Shown here: positions 54,001 to 64,000 of the stretch, in pieces
Numbering within the stretch: position 1 is the stretch's first letter
Layout: each line of letters opens with the position of its first letter
Assembly (NCBI GenBank): GCA_963706595.1
Contig: OY970166.1
Coordinates: forward strand, 3,328,001 to 3,392,000
Reading direction: 5' to 3'
DNA from: an uncultured cyanobacterium
GTDB lineage: Bacteria; Cyanobacteriota; Cyanobacteriia; Cyanobacteriales; Nostocaceae
Length of the DNA: 64,000 nt
Translations under genes and position numbers: made by a program
The notes under the pieces: model-generated
The model's database searches: none
Told to the model about the DNA's origin: nothing
What the model saw: the letters and a program-made list of their open reading frames with translations, nothing else

Positions 54001-54102
54001 TAGCGGTTATCAGTTAAGTGAGATACAAGAACCCCACCCCCAACCCCCTCCCCGCAAGCGAGGAGGGGGCTATGATGTACTTCATTCAAGTGGATAACGC
54101 TA
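54001..54102. mobile_element. Small MITE with IS630-like TA flanks, containing a REP-like hairpin
   Basis: TA|TAGCG..CGCTA|TA ends; internal CCCCCTCCCCGCAAGCGAGGAGGGGG. Confidence 0.6.
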
Positions 54103-54206
54103 TAGTATTCCTCGACGTGTATTAAAATTTTTAACTAAGAATTGCGTTTTGTCTCAATGTATTATATGAGTAATGCCAATTTTTGCTTAAGCGAGGACGA
54201 TTCAGA

Positions 54207-54743
54207 GTGACATCACCGCTAAAACTTGCACAAACTGCTGACGAAACCCAGATTGCAGAATTTTTCCAAGAATCAGTAGGTCAGTGGCGATCCGAAAGAC
54301 GCTACTATACTTTGCCAGAGGGTGAAACTAAGGAAATGGAGAGTTTGATCAGCATCCGGTTTTTAGAACCAGGATGTGATGAATTGCAAAATCTGGGACA
54401 GAGGCACGATTTGCCCAATTCCGTGAGTTTAATTTGTGGTGCGGAAGTCACTTGGGACAGTACAGATGTGTTAAAAGCCAGAAAGGAGTCTCAAGGTTCC
54501 ACATTATTTGGAGTTATGGGAAATATCTTATATCGCGATCGCGGTTTTGCCACATCCAAGCCAGTAACCGCCAAATATTATTTCCCCAATCCTAAAACAT
54601 TATGTTTACGAACCGAGTACAACGGCTCGGTATTTGAGGAAGAATTAAAACTTATTGGTAGCAGATACCGCACCAGACAGACAATTATCTCTCGTGCTGG
54701 TGAGCAGTTGATGATTGGTCAATATTTAGAAAAGAGAATGTAA
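54207..54743 (+). CDS. CpcS/CpeS-family phycobiliprotein lyase (CpcV-like)
   Basis: FFQESVGQWRSERRYY and LYRDRGF motifs. Confidence 0.8.
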   Translation: MTSPLKLAQTADETQIAEFFQESVGQWRSERRYYTLPEGETKEMESLISIRFLEPGCDELQNLGQRHDLPNSVSLICGAEVTWDSTDVLKARKESQGSTLFGVMGNILYRDRGFATSKPVTAKYYFPNPKTLCLRTEYNGSVFEEELKLIGSRYRTRQTIISRAGEQLMIGQYLEKRM

Positions 54744-54756
54744 AATTTTCTGGTTT

Positions 54757-54788
54757 GTAGTTGCGCTTTAGCGCTAAAGCGCAACTAC
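54757..54788. repeat. 32-bp perfect GTAG-type palindrome between convergent genes
   Basis: GTAGTTGCGCTTTAGCGCTAAAGCGCAACTAC. Confidence 0.7.
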
Positions 54789-54822
54789 GAGCAGTCAAGA
54801 AATAATTAAATTCGGCTAATGT

Positions 54823-56535
54823 CTAATAATGACTTGCCGTTTTACGTTGATGCACAGCAGTCACACCATCTTTATTTAAGACTTTGCCATTATCTACCGT
54901 GGCATATACCAGCCAATGATCACCCGATTCTAAGCGACCTTGTACGGAACATTCCAAATATGCCAAAGCATCAGTGAGGATAGGACAACCACTTTCGCTG
55001 TCCTGGGTAGCGACATCACCAAATCGGTCTTGTCCTGGGGCAAAAGGTTTGAGAAAATGTTTCATTAAGCCTATATGCTTACCTTCAGGGAGAATATTGA
55101 GGACAAATTTATTTCCTGAGTGCATCAGCGCTTCTAAAGCCCGGTCTTTGGCTACAGCTATGGTTAAACCAGGAGGATTAAAGCTGGCTTGAGACACCCA
55201 AGAGGCTAACATGGCGCTGGAGATATCGCCTTCTTTGGCTGTAACGACGCTCAGAGAACCCACAATGCGCCCCACCGCTTGTTCTACATTTGTGGCTGGT
55301 TGGCTGGGAACCCGCACTTTTTTAGCTTTTTTCAACGCTTGGGCAAAATCGGTTCCGGCTTCTTCACACAATTGTAAGGTGACATCATTGGGTTTGAATT
55401 TGACCCGAATGGCATCAAAACCGAATCTGTAACCCGCGTCTTTGAGTTTGTTTTCAATTAAATCGACAGCTTCACCACTCCAACCAAAAGAACCAAACAC
55501 CCCAGCCAGTTTATTATTTGTGGCGGTGGAGAGGACAATTCCTAACGCTGTTTGCACTGGTGTGGGTGCGTGACCGCCCAGGGTAGGTGAACCGATGACG
55601 AAACCGGCAGATTTTTCCACAGCAGCGCGGATTTCTTCGGGTTCTGTAAATTCACAGTTAATTGATTCGACGGCTACGCCAGCTTTAGTAATACCACGAG
55701 CGATCGCCTGAGCTAATGTAGCTGTATTTCCATAGGCTGAAGCATAAATCATCGCCACTGTCAAGTCAGAAGATGCTTGTTGTTGCAGCCATTGCCGATA
55801 AGCTTTAGTCAGTTCGATTAAGCCATAACGGACTATGGGGCCATGTCCAGTGGCGTACATTCTTGTCGGTAAATCAGCCAGTTTATCTAATGCTGTTTCC
55901 ACTTGACGCGCATGGGGAGCCATCAGACAATCAAAATAATAGCGTCGGTCTTCGTTGATTGTCTCCCAGCCTTCATCAAATACCTGATCACCACAAATAT
56001 GCGCCCCAAATAGCTTATCTGAGTAAAGAATTTCTGTTTGTGGGTCATAAGTGCAGAGTTGGTCTGCATAACGGGGGTTAGGGGTGGGAATGAACTGTAA
56101 ATCATGTCCTTTACCTAAATTCAGGGTTTCTTCGCCCCGCATGACGATAATTGGTAAATCCTGATTTTCTAAAATATCCCGTAAATTTTTGGCTCCAGGA
56201 TTAGAACAGACAAAGGTAATCTGTGGTGCTAGCTCTAATAAAGCTTTGATGGTGGCGGCGCGGTTGGGATTAATATGACCCAGAATTACATAATCAATGG
56301 TGGTTAAATCCATCCGTTGCTGCAATGCTTCCAGGTAACTTTGAGTGAATGTTTCTCCTGGAGGGTCAATTAAAGCAATTTTATCACCTTGAATTTTATA
56401 AGAATTAGCCGTTGTACCCTTAGCTAAAGCATATTCAATTTCAAATCTCAGTCTTGACCAACTGCGCGATCGCATAACTGTGGTATCTGTACCAATGGGA
56501 AGAACTTGAACGTCACGGGGTTTATTTTCTGACAT
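54823..56535 (-). CDS. flv1: Flavodiiron protein, Flv1 type
   Basis: Lactamase, flavodoxin and flavin-reductase domains; non-canonical HINPNR motif. Confidence 0.85.
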   Translation of the reverse strand: MSENKPRDVQVLPIGTDTTVMRSRSWSRLRFEIEYALAKGTTANSYKIQGDKIALIDPPGETFTQSYLEALQQRMDLTTIDYVILGHINPNRAATIKALLELAPQITFVCSNPGAKNLRDILENQDLPIIVMRGEETLNLGKGHDLQFIPTPNPRYADQLCTYDPQTEILYSDKLFGAHICGDQVFDEGWETINEDRRYYFDCLMAPHARQVETALDKLADLPTRMYATGHGPIVRYGLIELTKAYRQWLQQQASSDLTVAMIYASAYGNTATLAQAIARGITKAGVAVESINCEFTEPEEIRAAVEKSAGFVIGSPTLGGHAPTPVQTALGIVLSTATNNKLAGVFGSFGWSGEAVDLIENKLKDAGYRFGFDAIRVKFKPNDVTLQLCEEAGTDFAQALKKAKKVRVPSQPATNVEQAVGRIVGSLSVVTAKEGDISSAMLASWVSQASFNPPGLTIAVAKDRALEALMHSGNKFVLNILPEGKHIGLMKHFLKPFAPGQDRFGDVATQDSESGCPILTDALAYLECSVQGRLESGDHWLVYATVDNGKVLNKDGVTAVHQRKTASHY

Positions 56536-56620
56536 AGCTTTTGTTTTTTATTTCTAATTTCTTATTTCTAATAATTCTTGTCCCCCTCCTCGCTTGCGGG
56601 GAGGGGCTAGGGGTGGGGTC

Positions 56621-57169
56621 TTATTCCAACCAACGCGCAATTTCCTCTAAAACACTCTCCATCCTCAACAAAACATCCTCATTCTTAAACCTCACCACCC
56701 GCAAACCCAAAGATTCTAAAAACTCTTGTCGAATAGCATCTTCTACTTGAGTGTAATTGTGAACCTCTCCATCCACCTCAATCACTAATTTGATTTCGTG
56801 GCAATAAAAGTCAACGATAAATCTATCAATAATCTGCTGACGACGAAACTTAAAACCTCGCAGTTGCTGATTTTTTAATCTTTGCCAAAGTTGCTTTTCT
56901 GCTGATGTGGGTTCAGTCCGCATCTGTCGGGCTAGAGGTTTAAGTTGTTTCCAGAGGTCTGGTGGGCTTTGCCAAGAGACCCCACCCCCTAGCCCCCTCC
57001 CCGCAAGCGAGGAGGGGGGACAGGAGTTATTTGACTCTGTAAGCGAGGAGGGGGGACCGGAGTTGTTTGACTCTGTAAGTGTGGAGGGGGGATTGGAGTT
57101 GTTTGACTCTGTAAGCGAGGAGGGGGGATTGGAATGAGGATTACTGGTGATGTGTTGATTTTGCATCAT
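56621..57169 (-). CDS. DUF559 (Vsr-like) endonuclease with repeat-derived N-terminus
   Basis: ARQMR..T.AE..LW..L, KFRRQ, IVDFYC, IEVDG..H and GLRVVRF motifs. Confidence 0.88.
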   Translation of the reverse strand: MMQNQHITSNPHSNPPSSLTESNNSNPPSTLTESNNSGPPSSLTESNNSCPPSSLAGRGLGGGVSWQSPPDLWKQLKPLARQMRTEPTSAEKQLWQRLKNQQLRGFKFRRQQIIDRFIVDFYCHEIKLVIEVDGEVHNYTQVEDAIRQEFLESLGLRVVRFKNEDVLLRMESVLEEIARWLE

Positions 57170-57420
57170 TTCATATTGCTATTTAAGTATTTAGCAAAGG
57201 CGGCGTGGGTTTCTTCACAACGCTTTCACTTGAGGTTGAGACTATTAAACTCTATGGTTTTCCCCCTACTCCCTACTCCCTGTCTTCATAGCTAGGGTGT
57301 ACACAATCCTGATTCATAAATAAAGGATTTAACCGGAAATCCAGTTCCCCTCCTCGCTTGCGGGGAGGGGTTAGGGGTGGGGTCTTATGTCAGAAAAAAA
57401 CGATTTCCCCACTACCTCAC

Positions 57421-59145
57421 TTAATAATGGTTCCCGACTTTGCGATGATGGACGGCTGTGAGTGCTTCTGGTTTAGAAACTCGTCCTTCGTAAACGTTGC
57501 TATATACTGCCCAGTGGTCGCCGCAGTCCATCCGACTGACAACTTCACACTCCATATAAGCTAAGGCATCGGCGAGGATGGGAGCGCCGTTTTGGGCGGG
57601 CTGAGTTCTCACTCCTTCAAAGCGATCCGCACCAGGGGCGAACCTCTTTAAGAAGTGTCTCATGAGTGTTTGGTAATTGCCTTCTTCTAAGACGTTGAGG
57701 ACAAAGCGATCGCCTACTTGCATCAGTGATTCAATCGCCCTATCCTTAGCCACAGCAATGGATAATCCCATCGGTTTGAAGCTGGCTTGGGAAACCCAGG
57801 AGGCTAACATAGCGCTGGATACATCGCCTTTTTTGGCGGTAATAATATATAGTCCCCCACTGATTCTGCCTAGTGCTTTGTCTAGGTCTGCACCGAGAGA
57901 TTTCATGGCTTTGATGCTGCGATCGCGTGTTACCCATTGTCCCAAGTCTGTACCTGCTTCTTCACAAAGTTGGTAAGTGTTTTCTGTGGGGGTTTGTTTA
58001 ATCCGAATCGCTGGGAAAACTGTTGTTAAACCCAAGTTACGGAATTTACTCAACAGAGGATCTATAGGTTCGTCATCGCCTCCACCTGTTTCAAAGATGC
58101 CGATGGCTTGTTTTTCCTTAGCAGATCCGATAATCGTACTGAGTGCCGCTTGGATATTAGCATTACTTTCTGCCGGCGGCATCCCCACCACAATTCCTGT
58201 GCAACGGCTGACTAATTCTCGCAGTTCTTGTAAATCAACCCCTGCGCCTAAATCCACAATTTCCACAGCGACATCGGTTTTATTAATACCTTTGGCTATG
58301 GCTTGGGCTAGGCGATCGCTATACCCATATTCGGAAACGTAAAATATCCCCACTGCTGTTTCCGCTTTGCTTTGGCTTTGGCTCCAAATGCGATAACGTC
58401 CAGTTAACTCTTCAACATTGTGAGATAATAAGGGACCGTGACCAGTGGCAATCATCTCAATGGTTTTCAGTTCAGCCATCCGCTTCAGAGCAGATAAAAC
58501 TGACCGCGCATTTGGTCCCATTAAGCACTCGTAGTAATATTTAAAATCTGCTTCAATTGCTGCTAAATCTTCATCAAAGGTGCTATCTGAGCAATAATGC
58601 AGCCCAAAAGCATCACAAGTGTAAAGAATTTTCGTTTGATGATCGAAGCTGAATATAGTATCTGGCCAGTGTAAATTAGGAGCAATCACAAATTCAAATT
58701 CGTGACCATTACCTAAATCTAGGCGATCGCCATTTTTAACAATTTGGCGTTTAAACGGCTGATGGACTAAATTTTCCAGAAACTGGATTGCAACTTTAGA
58801 AGCCACAACAGTGATATCTGGAGCCATTTTTAGCAAATCTTTCACTAAGCCGCTATGATCTGGCTCGGTGTGGCTGATAATTAGATAATCAATTTCTGTG
58901 GGATTGATTAATCCGGTGAGGGTGTCAAAATATAACTGGCGAAACTTTTCGTGAGAAGTATCAACTAAGGCAGTTTTTTCACCGCGAACCAGAAACGAGT
59001 TATAGGTTGTACCGTTTTGTAACCCGAACTCAATATCAAAGCGATCGCGATCCCAATCCAAAGACCGAATAGCGATCGTTTCTTGAGCAATCTTCACAGT
59101 CTCTATGGTGAGCCGTTTTTCTGTTCTTTCGGTGAGTGCTACCAT
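57421..59145 (-). CDS. flv3: Flavodiiron protein, Flv3 type
   Basis: Canonical SHTEPDH, NLHWPD, CDAFG and GHGP iron ligands. Confidence 0.87.
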   Translation of the reverse strand: MVALTERTEKRLTIETVKIAQETIAIRSLDWDRDRFDIEFGLQNGTTYNSFLVRGEKTALVDTSHEKFRQLYFDTLTGLINPTEIDYLIISHTEPDHSGLVKDLLKMAPDITVVASKVAIQFLENLVHQPFKRQIVKNGDRLDLGNGHEFEFVIAPNLHWPDTIFSFDHQTKILYTCDAFGLHYCSDSTFDEDLAAIEADFKYYYECLMGPNARSVLSALKRMAELKTIEMIATGHGPLLSHNVEELTGRYRIWSQSQSKAETAVGIFYVSEYGYSDRLAQAIAKGINKTDVAVEIVDLGAGVDLQELRELVSRCTGIVVGMPPAESNANIQAALSTIIGSAKEKQAIGIFETGGGDDEPIDPLLSKFRNLGLTTVFPAIRIKQTPTENTYQLCEEAGTDLGQWVTRDRSIKAMKSLGADLDKALGRISGGLYIITAKKGDVSSAMLASWVSQASFKPMGLSIAVAKDRAIESLMQVGDRFVLNVLEEGNYQTLMRHFLKRFAPGADRFEGVRTQPAQNGAPILADALAYMECEVVSRMDCGDHWAVYSNVYEGRVSKPEALTAVHHRKVGNHY

Positions 59146-59256
59146 AGTTGGCCTCCTTGACACAATGAGTATATTTTCCTCTAGTTTTATTGTGACACGC
59201 CTGGATTATTAAGTTTTATTGAAAAATATAATGAATGACTTCAAAAAATTAAAAGT

Positions 59257-60081
59257 GTGAAACCACAGAGGCGCAGAGGACACAGAGAGAATATTTGGTT
59301 AGCGTTAGAAATTGGCAATTCGCGGCTGCACTGGGCGTTATTTACAGGTGAAACCCTTAACTACACTTGGGATACTGACTATTTAACCGAATCCTTAACA
59401 CATAAACTAGCTAAATGTCAAGGAATTGATGATTTACCACCAGAAATTTTTCCTCCCAGTCGCCGTAGGGAAGTAGAAGGTAAAAACTCCTCACATCCCC
59501 CTATTTTTTTAGCCTCTGTCGTTCCTCAGCAAACAGCAATTTGGCAAACTCACCCTTATGTGCGTGTGATTACCTTGGCACAAATCCCCCTGTTAAATAT
59601 GTACCCCACTTTAGGAATTGACCGGGCGCTGGCTTTGTGGGGTGCTGGAAAAACTTGGGGTTTTCCCATCTTAGTAATTGATGCTGGAACTGCATTCACT
59701 TTCACTGGGGCGGATGCTAACGAGTCTTTAGTAGGTGGCGCAATTCTGCCAGGACTGGGTTTACAATTTAGTAGTCTGAGTCAAAACACCGGACAATTAC
59801 CACAGTTAGAAACAGAAATTATCTCTTTACCGCCACGTTTTGCCATAAATACAAAACAGGCTATTCAAAGTGGGATAATTTACACTTTATTAGCTGGGAT
59901 TAAAGATTTTGTTACAGCTTGGTTGCAGTTATTTCCTGACAGTAAAATTGTAATTAAAGGAGGCGATCGCACCTTAATAGTAAACTATATCCAAAATCAA
60001 TTTCCAGACATTGCCGCGCGTTTAATCGTAGAACCAAATTTAATTTTTTGGGGAATACGAGAAATAACCAGAGACTTTTAA
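59257..60081 (+). CDS. coaX: Type III pantothenate kinase
   Basis: IGNSR, ASVVP, LGIDR, IDAGTA and GGAILPG motifs. Confidence 0.9.
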   Translation: MKPQRRRGHRENIWLALEIGNSRLHWALFTGETLNYTWDTDYLTESLTHKLAKCQGIDDLPPEIFPPSRRREVEGKNSSHPPIFLASVVPQQTAIWQTHPYVRVITLAQIPLLNMYPTLGIDRALALWGAGKTWGFPILVIDAGTAFTFTGADANESLVGGAILPGLGLQFSSLSQNTGQLPQLETEIISLPPRFAINTKQAIQSGIIYTLLAGIKDFVTAWLQLFPDSKIVIKGGDRTLIVNYIQNQFPDIAARLIVEPNLIFWGIREITRDF

Positions 60082-60215
60082 ATTCTCCCCACTCCTAAAT
60101 TCTCCCATCTCATATTCTCCCATCTCATATTCTCCCCTCTCATATTCTCCCCTCTCCTTAATAAGGAGAGGGGCTGGGGGTGAGGTTCTATATTTATCCC
60201 CATGCCTCAAAAACT

Positions 60216-61028
60216 TTAATTAGCCTTGATAAAATTGTGAATATCTCTAGCTACAATTCCAGCACAAGAACTAGGTAAATCACTGCCAGCGTGAGCAATT
60301 ATTTGCAACTCAACTTGAGGAAGCAGTTGAGTATAAGTTTGAGTTTTGACAACAGCATCAAGTAAATCCTGACCGCCTTGCAAAATTAAAACTGGAACTT
60401 CCATCAAGTGTAATCTTTTCTGTAGAAATTCTGCTTCAATTTCTGGTTGCCGCCTTTGGAATAATAACTGACAAGAAGTCGGATATTTTAGTAACTTCTG
60501 ACGCAGATTAAAATCTTTGTCAATTTTTCCCTTTAAACCCCAAATTTTATTTAAAGGTCGAAACCACTGCAATAATTTCGATAATATTGGCGGACTGCTG
60601 ACTAATTTTCGCATTTTCCGCGAATATTTTTCTTGTCCTTCTATGCCTACACCTTCTGGCGCTAGTAATACTAAACCATAAACTTTTTCTGGATACTTTA
60701 AAGCATAACTAGCAGCAACCCAAGCGCCAAGAGAATCGCCGACTAAGTATACTTTTTCTAATTTCACCGCTTGCAAAAACTCAGCAATACACTCCACCTG
60801 TAAATCAATTGAGTGATGAATATTAGGACTTTCTGACTCACCAAACCCTAATAAATCTGGCGAGAGGCAATGGAAATGCTGAGATAGTGAATCGATTACT
60901 GATACCCATTGACTACTATCGTTCCAAGCACCATGTAAAAAAATTACAGCAGTGCCTTCACCAGCTTCGCGCCAAAATAATAGCCCTTGAGAGAGTTTCC
61001 TCCGGGAGTTACGGTATAGGGTATCCAT
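60216..61028 (-). CDS. Alpha/beta-fold hydrolase
   Basis: FLHG, PDLLGFGES and GDSLG motifs. Confidence 0.88.
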   Translation of the reverse strand: MDTLYRNSRRKLSQGLLFWREAGEGTAVIFLHGAWNDSSQWVSVIDSLSQHFHCLSPDLLGFGESESPNIHHSIDLQVECIAEFLQAVKLEKVYLVGDSLGAWVAASYALKYPEKVYGLVLLAPEGVGIEGQEKYSRKMRKLVSSPPILSKLLQWFRPLNKIWGLKGKIDKDFNLRQKLLKYPTSCQLLFQRRQPEIEAEFLQKRLHLMEVPVLILQGGQDLLDAVVKTQTYTQLLPQVELQIIAHAGSDLPSSCAGIVARDIHNFIKAN

Positions 61029-61064
61029 TTTTATTTAACGTTAAATCTCAAATCCAAAATAGCT

Positions 61065-61556
61065 TTACGCCAGTGTTGTCAGACCATTCAAGTAGTCCTC
61101 TAACTGTCGAGTGTGATCGTGAGACATTTTGCCTAGAGGTAAAGCATCCGTAGCAAAAGCCTGGATTTCCATAACCTCCAAAGTATCTTGAATCTCCATT
61201 GTCCCTTGAACTTGTGCTTCAACCACAACACAAATTGAATGAATGCGAGGATCTCTGTCAGGTGCTGAGTAAACTCCTACTAAACGGGTAATTTTCACCA
61301 ACTCCAGTCCAGTTTCTTCTATCAATTCTCGGTCGACTGTTTTAGGAATATCCTCTCCCCAGTCCACCATGCCTCCAGGTAACGCCCAGCAACCATCATC
61401 GCGCCGCTTAATCAGCACAATTCGACCGTCTGGTAATATCGGAATGATACTAGCGCCAGTAATGGGATGACGGAAAATGATCCCCAGTACTGTTTGTCCT
61501 ACACGCCATAAATTACGTGTGGACTGGACAACTGCTGCAATAAAAAGCAAGAACAT
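61065..61556 (-). CDS. NUDIX hydrolase; start uncertain
   Basis: WALPGGMVDWGE..RELIEETG Nudix box. Confidence 0.88.
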   Translation of the reverse strand: MFLLFIAAVVQSTRNLWRVGQTVLGIIFRHPITGASIIPILPDGRIVLIKRRDDGCWALPGGMVDWGEDIPKTVDRELIEETGLELVKITRLVGVYSAPDRDPRIHSICVVVEAQVQGTMEIQDTLEVMEIQAFATDALPLGKMSHDHTRQLEDYLNGLTTLA

Positions 61557-61984
61557 TCAAACTTATGTTGTGTGTGTATTGTGTTCTCTAATTTCCGACA
61601 ATTTACCTAAAATCCAGGAAAATATGGTTAATTTTTGTGTTACACAAATCTGGTTGTAATTGAGGATTTTATTCTTATAACTTCGTATTGTAATCAATCT
61701 TCATTGAGTTTGCCCAGGTGCAGATAGTCCAACAGTTTGATTTGTAACAGAGATGTCTGGCAAAACTAGCTGATCATACCAAGCCTAAATTCTCAACACC
61801 TGAAAACTTTAAAAACGATTCTGGGTACTATTGACATAAATGTATTGAATACGATAGACTAGTATACTGTTAAAAGTATGTGGATTAATAAGCTAGGCCA
61901 AAAGTATATCAATAACATAAGTAGCTGATATTGCTTATGTAATGCCTAGTTGCACTTTTTTGTTGTTTATTAAATGAGGTGAAC

Positions 61985-62149
61985 ATGGCCAAGCGCCGTA
62001 ACCCGAAAAAAGAAAAGGCGCTACGGAACCAGGCGTATGCCAGAAAGTTTCGTAAACGGACTACTACAGGCAGAATGCAGAGAAGGTTCCAACAAAGACC
62101 TCCGAAGAGTGAGGAAGAAGAAGGCGCAGCAGCAACTGATACTGATTAA
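61985..62149 (+). CDS. 54-aa basic small protein missing from the ORF track; probably the cyanobacterial ribosome-associated cS24 (Asl3888/Ssr3189-like)
   Basis: GAGG RBS; MAKRRNPKKEKALRNQAYARKFRKR..; hairpin at 62191-62220; adjacent to argH (family name from recall). Confidence 0.7.
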   Translation: MAKRRNPKKEKALRNQAYARKFRKRTTTGRMQRRFQQRPPKSEEEEGAAATDTD

Positions 62150-62227
62150 GCCGTCTGTGGAAATCTTTATTACTTGAGTTTTTGAATTTTCAGGGCGTAC
62201 ATATATATGTACGCCCTGATTTGTTAA

Positions 62228-62375
62228 GGGACTTCCAAGAAATAAATTATCCAAATAAACGTTAGCGTAGCTTGCGCGTAGCGCGTACCACACCAGGCAC
62301 AGAGGACACAGATTCAAGAGGATTTGAGGGGTTTTTTGCGTTCAGTGGTTGAGTGTTTTTTTATTTGGAAATCCT
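62228..62375. mobile_element. Degenerate IS5-like MITE
   Basis: GGGACTTCCA / TGGAAATCCT imperfect TIR; TAA on both flanks. Confidence 0.55.
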
Positions 62376-62443
62376 TAAACGCCCTGTCCGTTGCTATAAG
62401 TTACAGGAAGAAGGGACAGACAAGGCAAAAACGTTTTCCCCAC

Positions 62444-62476
<33 letters not shown>

Positions 62477-62490
62477 ACTCCCCACTCCCT

Positions 62491-63876
62491 CTATTCACCA
62501 ATTTGAGCGCGGGCTGTGGCAATTGCCTGATTGACTTGTGTAAAACCTGTACCACCGTAACTGTTGCGGGCTGCTACAACTTGACGGGGCGATATTGCTG
62601 CATAAATATCGGCGGCAAATGCTGGATGTAATTCTTGCCACTCCTCTAAAGTCAAATCTTTTAAAAGTTTACCTGCGGCAATACTGGTTTTTACTACTTT
62701 ACCTACAAGATTATAAGCTTCTCGGAAAGGTACACCCTTTGCAGCTAAATAATCCGCTACATCGGTAGCATTGGAAAAATCTTCAGCTACGGCTGCTGCT
62801 AAACGCTGGGTACGAAATTCTAAGCCTTCCCGCAACAATATTGTCATTGCTTCTAGAGAAGCTTTGATCGTGTTAACGCTGTCAAATAAACCCTCTTTAT
62901 CTTCTTGGAGGTCTTTGTTATATGCCAGGGGTAGCCCTTTCATAATTACCAGCATTCCTTGGAGATGACCAAATACTCGCCCGGTTTTTCCTCGCACTAA
63001 TTCTGGGACATCAGGGTTTTTCTTTTGGGGCATAATGCTCGAACCCGTGGCACAGCTATCTTTGAGGGTGATAAAACGAAATTCTTCAGATGACCACAGA
63101 ATAATTTCTTCTGAAAGTCGGCTGAGGTGAACCATGATTAAGCTAGCCGCACAGAGAAATTCAATGGCAAAGTCGCGATCGCTCACTCCATCCAAGCTAT
63201 TAGCATAAATACTCTCAAAATGCAAGAGTTCGGCTGTGTAATGTCGATCAATGGGGAAAGTTGTTCCCGCCAATGCACCACACCCCAGAGGCGAAATATT
63301 CACCCTTGCAGCAACGTCCTCCAGGCGTTCCCAGTCCCGTTGTGCCATTTGGAAATAGGCCATGAGGTGATGAGCTAAACTCAGGGGTTGGGCGCGTTGT
63401 AGGTGAGTATAGCCAGGAATCAGAGTTTCAACGTGCTGTTCAGCTATATCCAGCAACACACCTTGAAATTCCCGCAAGTGACTGCGAATTTCTTGGATTT
63501 GGTCGCGGAGATAAAGTCTAGTATCGGTTCCAACTTGGTCATTACGCGATCGCGCCGTATGCAGCTTTTTACCCACATCACCCACAATTTCCGTCAATCG
63601 CCGTTCCACAGCAAAATGGACATCCTCCGCATCAATCCCCGGCTGAAATTTGCCCTGGCGGTATTCTTGGCGAATTTGTTCTAAACCCACCACCAGTTCT
63701 TCTCCCTCGCTTGGAGAAATAATCCCTGTGTGAGCCAACATTTTGGCATGAGCTTGAGAACCAGTCAGGTCATATTCGATTAATTCGATATCAAAACCTA
63801 TACTGGCATTAAACCGCGCGATCGCAGGATGCAAGGCTGATTCAAATCGTTGACTCCAGGTTTGTTCTTTGGTCAT
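62491..63876 (-). CDS. argH: Argininosuccinate lyase
   Basis: [19 protein letters not shown] and [12 protein letters not shown] motifs. Confidence 0.97.
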   Translation of the reverse strand: MTKEQTWSQRFESALHPAIARFNASIGFDIELIEYDLTGSQAHAKMLAHTGIISPSEGEELVVGLEQIRQEYRQGKFQPGIDAEDVHFAVERRLTEIVGDVGKKLHTARSRNDQVGTDTRLYLRDQIQEIRSHLREFQGVLLDIAEQHVETLIPGYTHLQRAQPLSLAHHLMAYFQMAQRDWERLEDVAARVNISPLGCGALAGTTFPIDRHYTAELLHFESIYANSLDGVSDRDFAIEFLCAASLIMVHLSRLSEEIILWSSEEFRFITLKDSCATGSSIMPQKKNPDVPELVRGKTGRVFGHLQGMLVIMKGLPLAYNKDLQEDKEGLFDSVNTIKASLEAMTILLREGLEFRTQRLAAAVAEDFSNATDVADYLAAKGVPFREAYNLVGKVVKTSIAAGKLLKDLTLEEWQELHPAFAADIYAAISPRQVVAARNSYGGTGFTQVNQAIATARAQIGE

Positions 63877-64000
63877 AGATGATTAGGCAATTAAGGAGGT
63901 GGTTATTTAGAAATACCACAAGGAATTTATCATAAGAAAATAGCGGAGGGTGTGGAAGCCACTTGACTTGACTGCTGTGAAAGAAACACACCACGAGTGG

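Noticed and set aside
57004..57130. 33-bp repeats as a possible CRISPR array
   Set aside because: Contiguous tandem units without unique spacers, in frame within the DUF559 gene

Overview
Chromosomal window from a heterocyst-forming (Nostocales-like) cyanobacterium, judged from abundant HIP1 GCGATCGC sites, heptamer STRRs and split rpoC1/rpoC2. Bases 1-15.4 kb hold a type I-D CRISPR-Cas locus: WYL regulator, cas3' (frameshifted as sequenced), cas10d/cas11d, cas7, cas5, a 2OG-Fe(II) oxygenase, cas6, cas4, cas1, cas2, a leader and a 14-repeat array. The most notable element is a single-spacer mini-array on the minus strand just after cas3 (3470-3584). Its guide matches the adjacent divergent promoter/5' region (3650-3689), which has a canonical I-D GTT PAM, and four of the mismatches fall at every-6th positions. 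That region lies directly upstream of an unknown 98-aa ORF, a DUF1016 nuclease and cas10d, so it looks like a CreA/CreR-type Cascade-repressed module. The rest is mostly housekeeping (hslO, hisD, rpsT, tatD, rpoB-C1-C2, rplL-J-A-K, nusG, secE, tRNA-Trp, rplS, RND pump, flv1/flv3, coaX, argH). It also contains three tandem Ser/Thr kinases (two with a near-identical kinase module), nested MITEs and a REP-flanked DUF559 gene. Frameshifts in rplK and hisD suggest the assembly contains indel errors. All calls are from reading the sequence; no searches were run.
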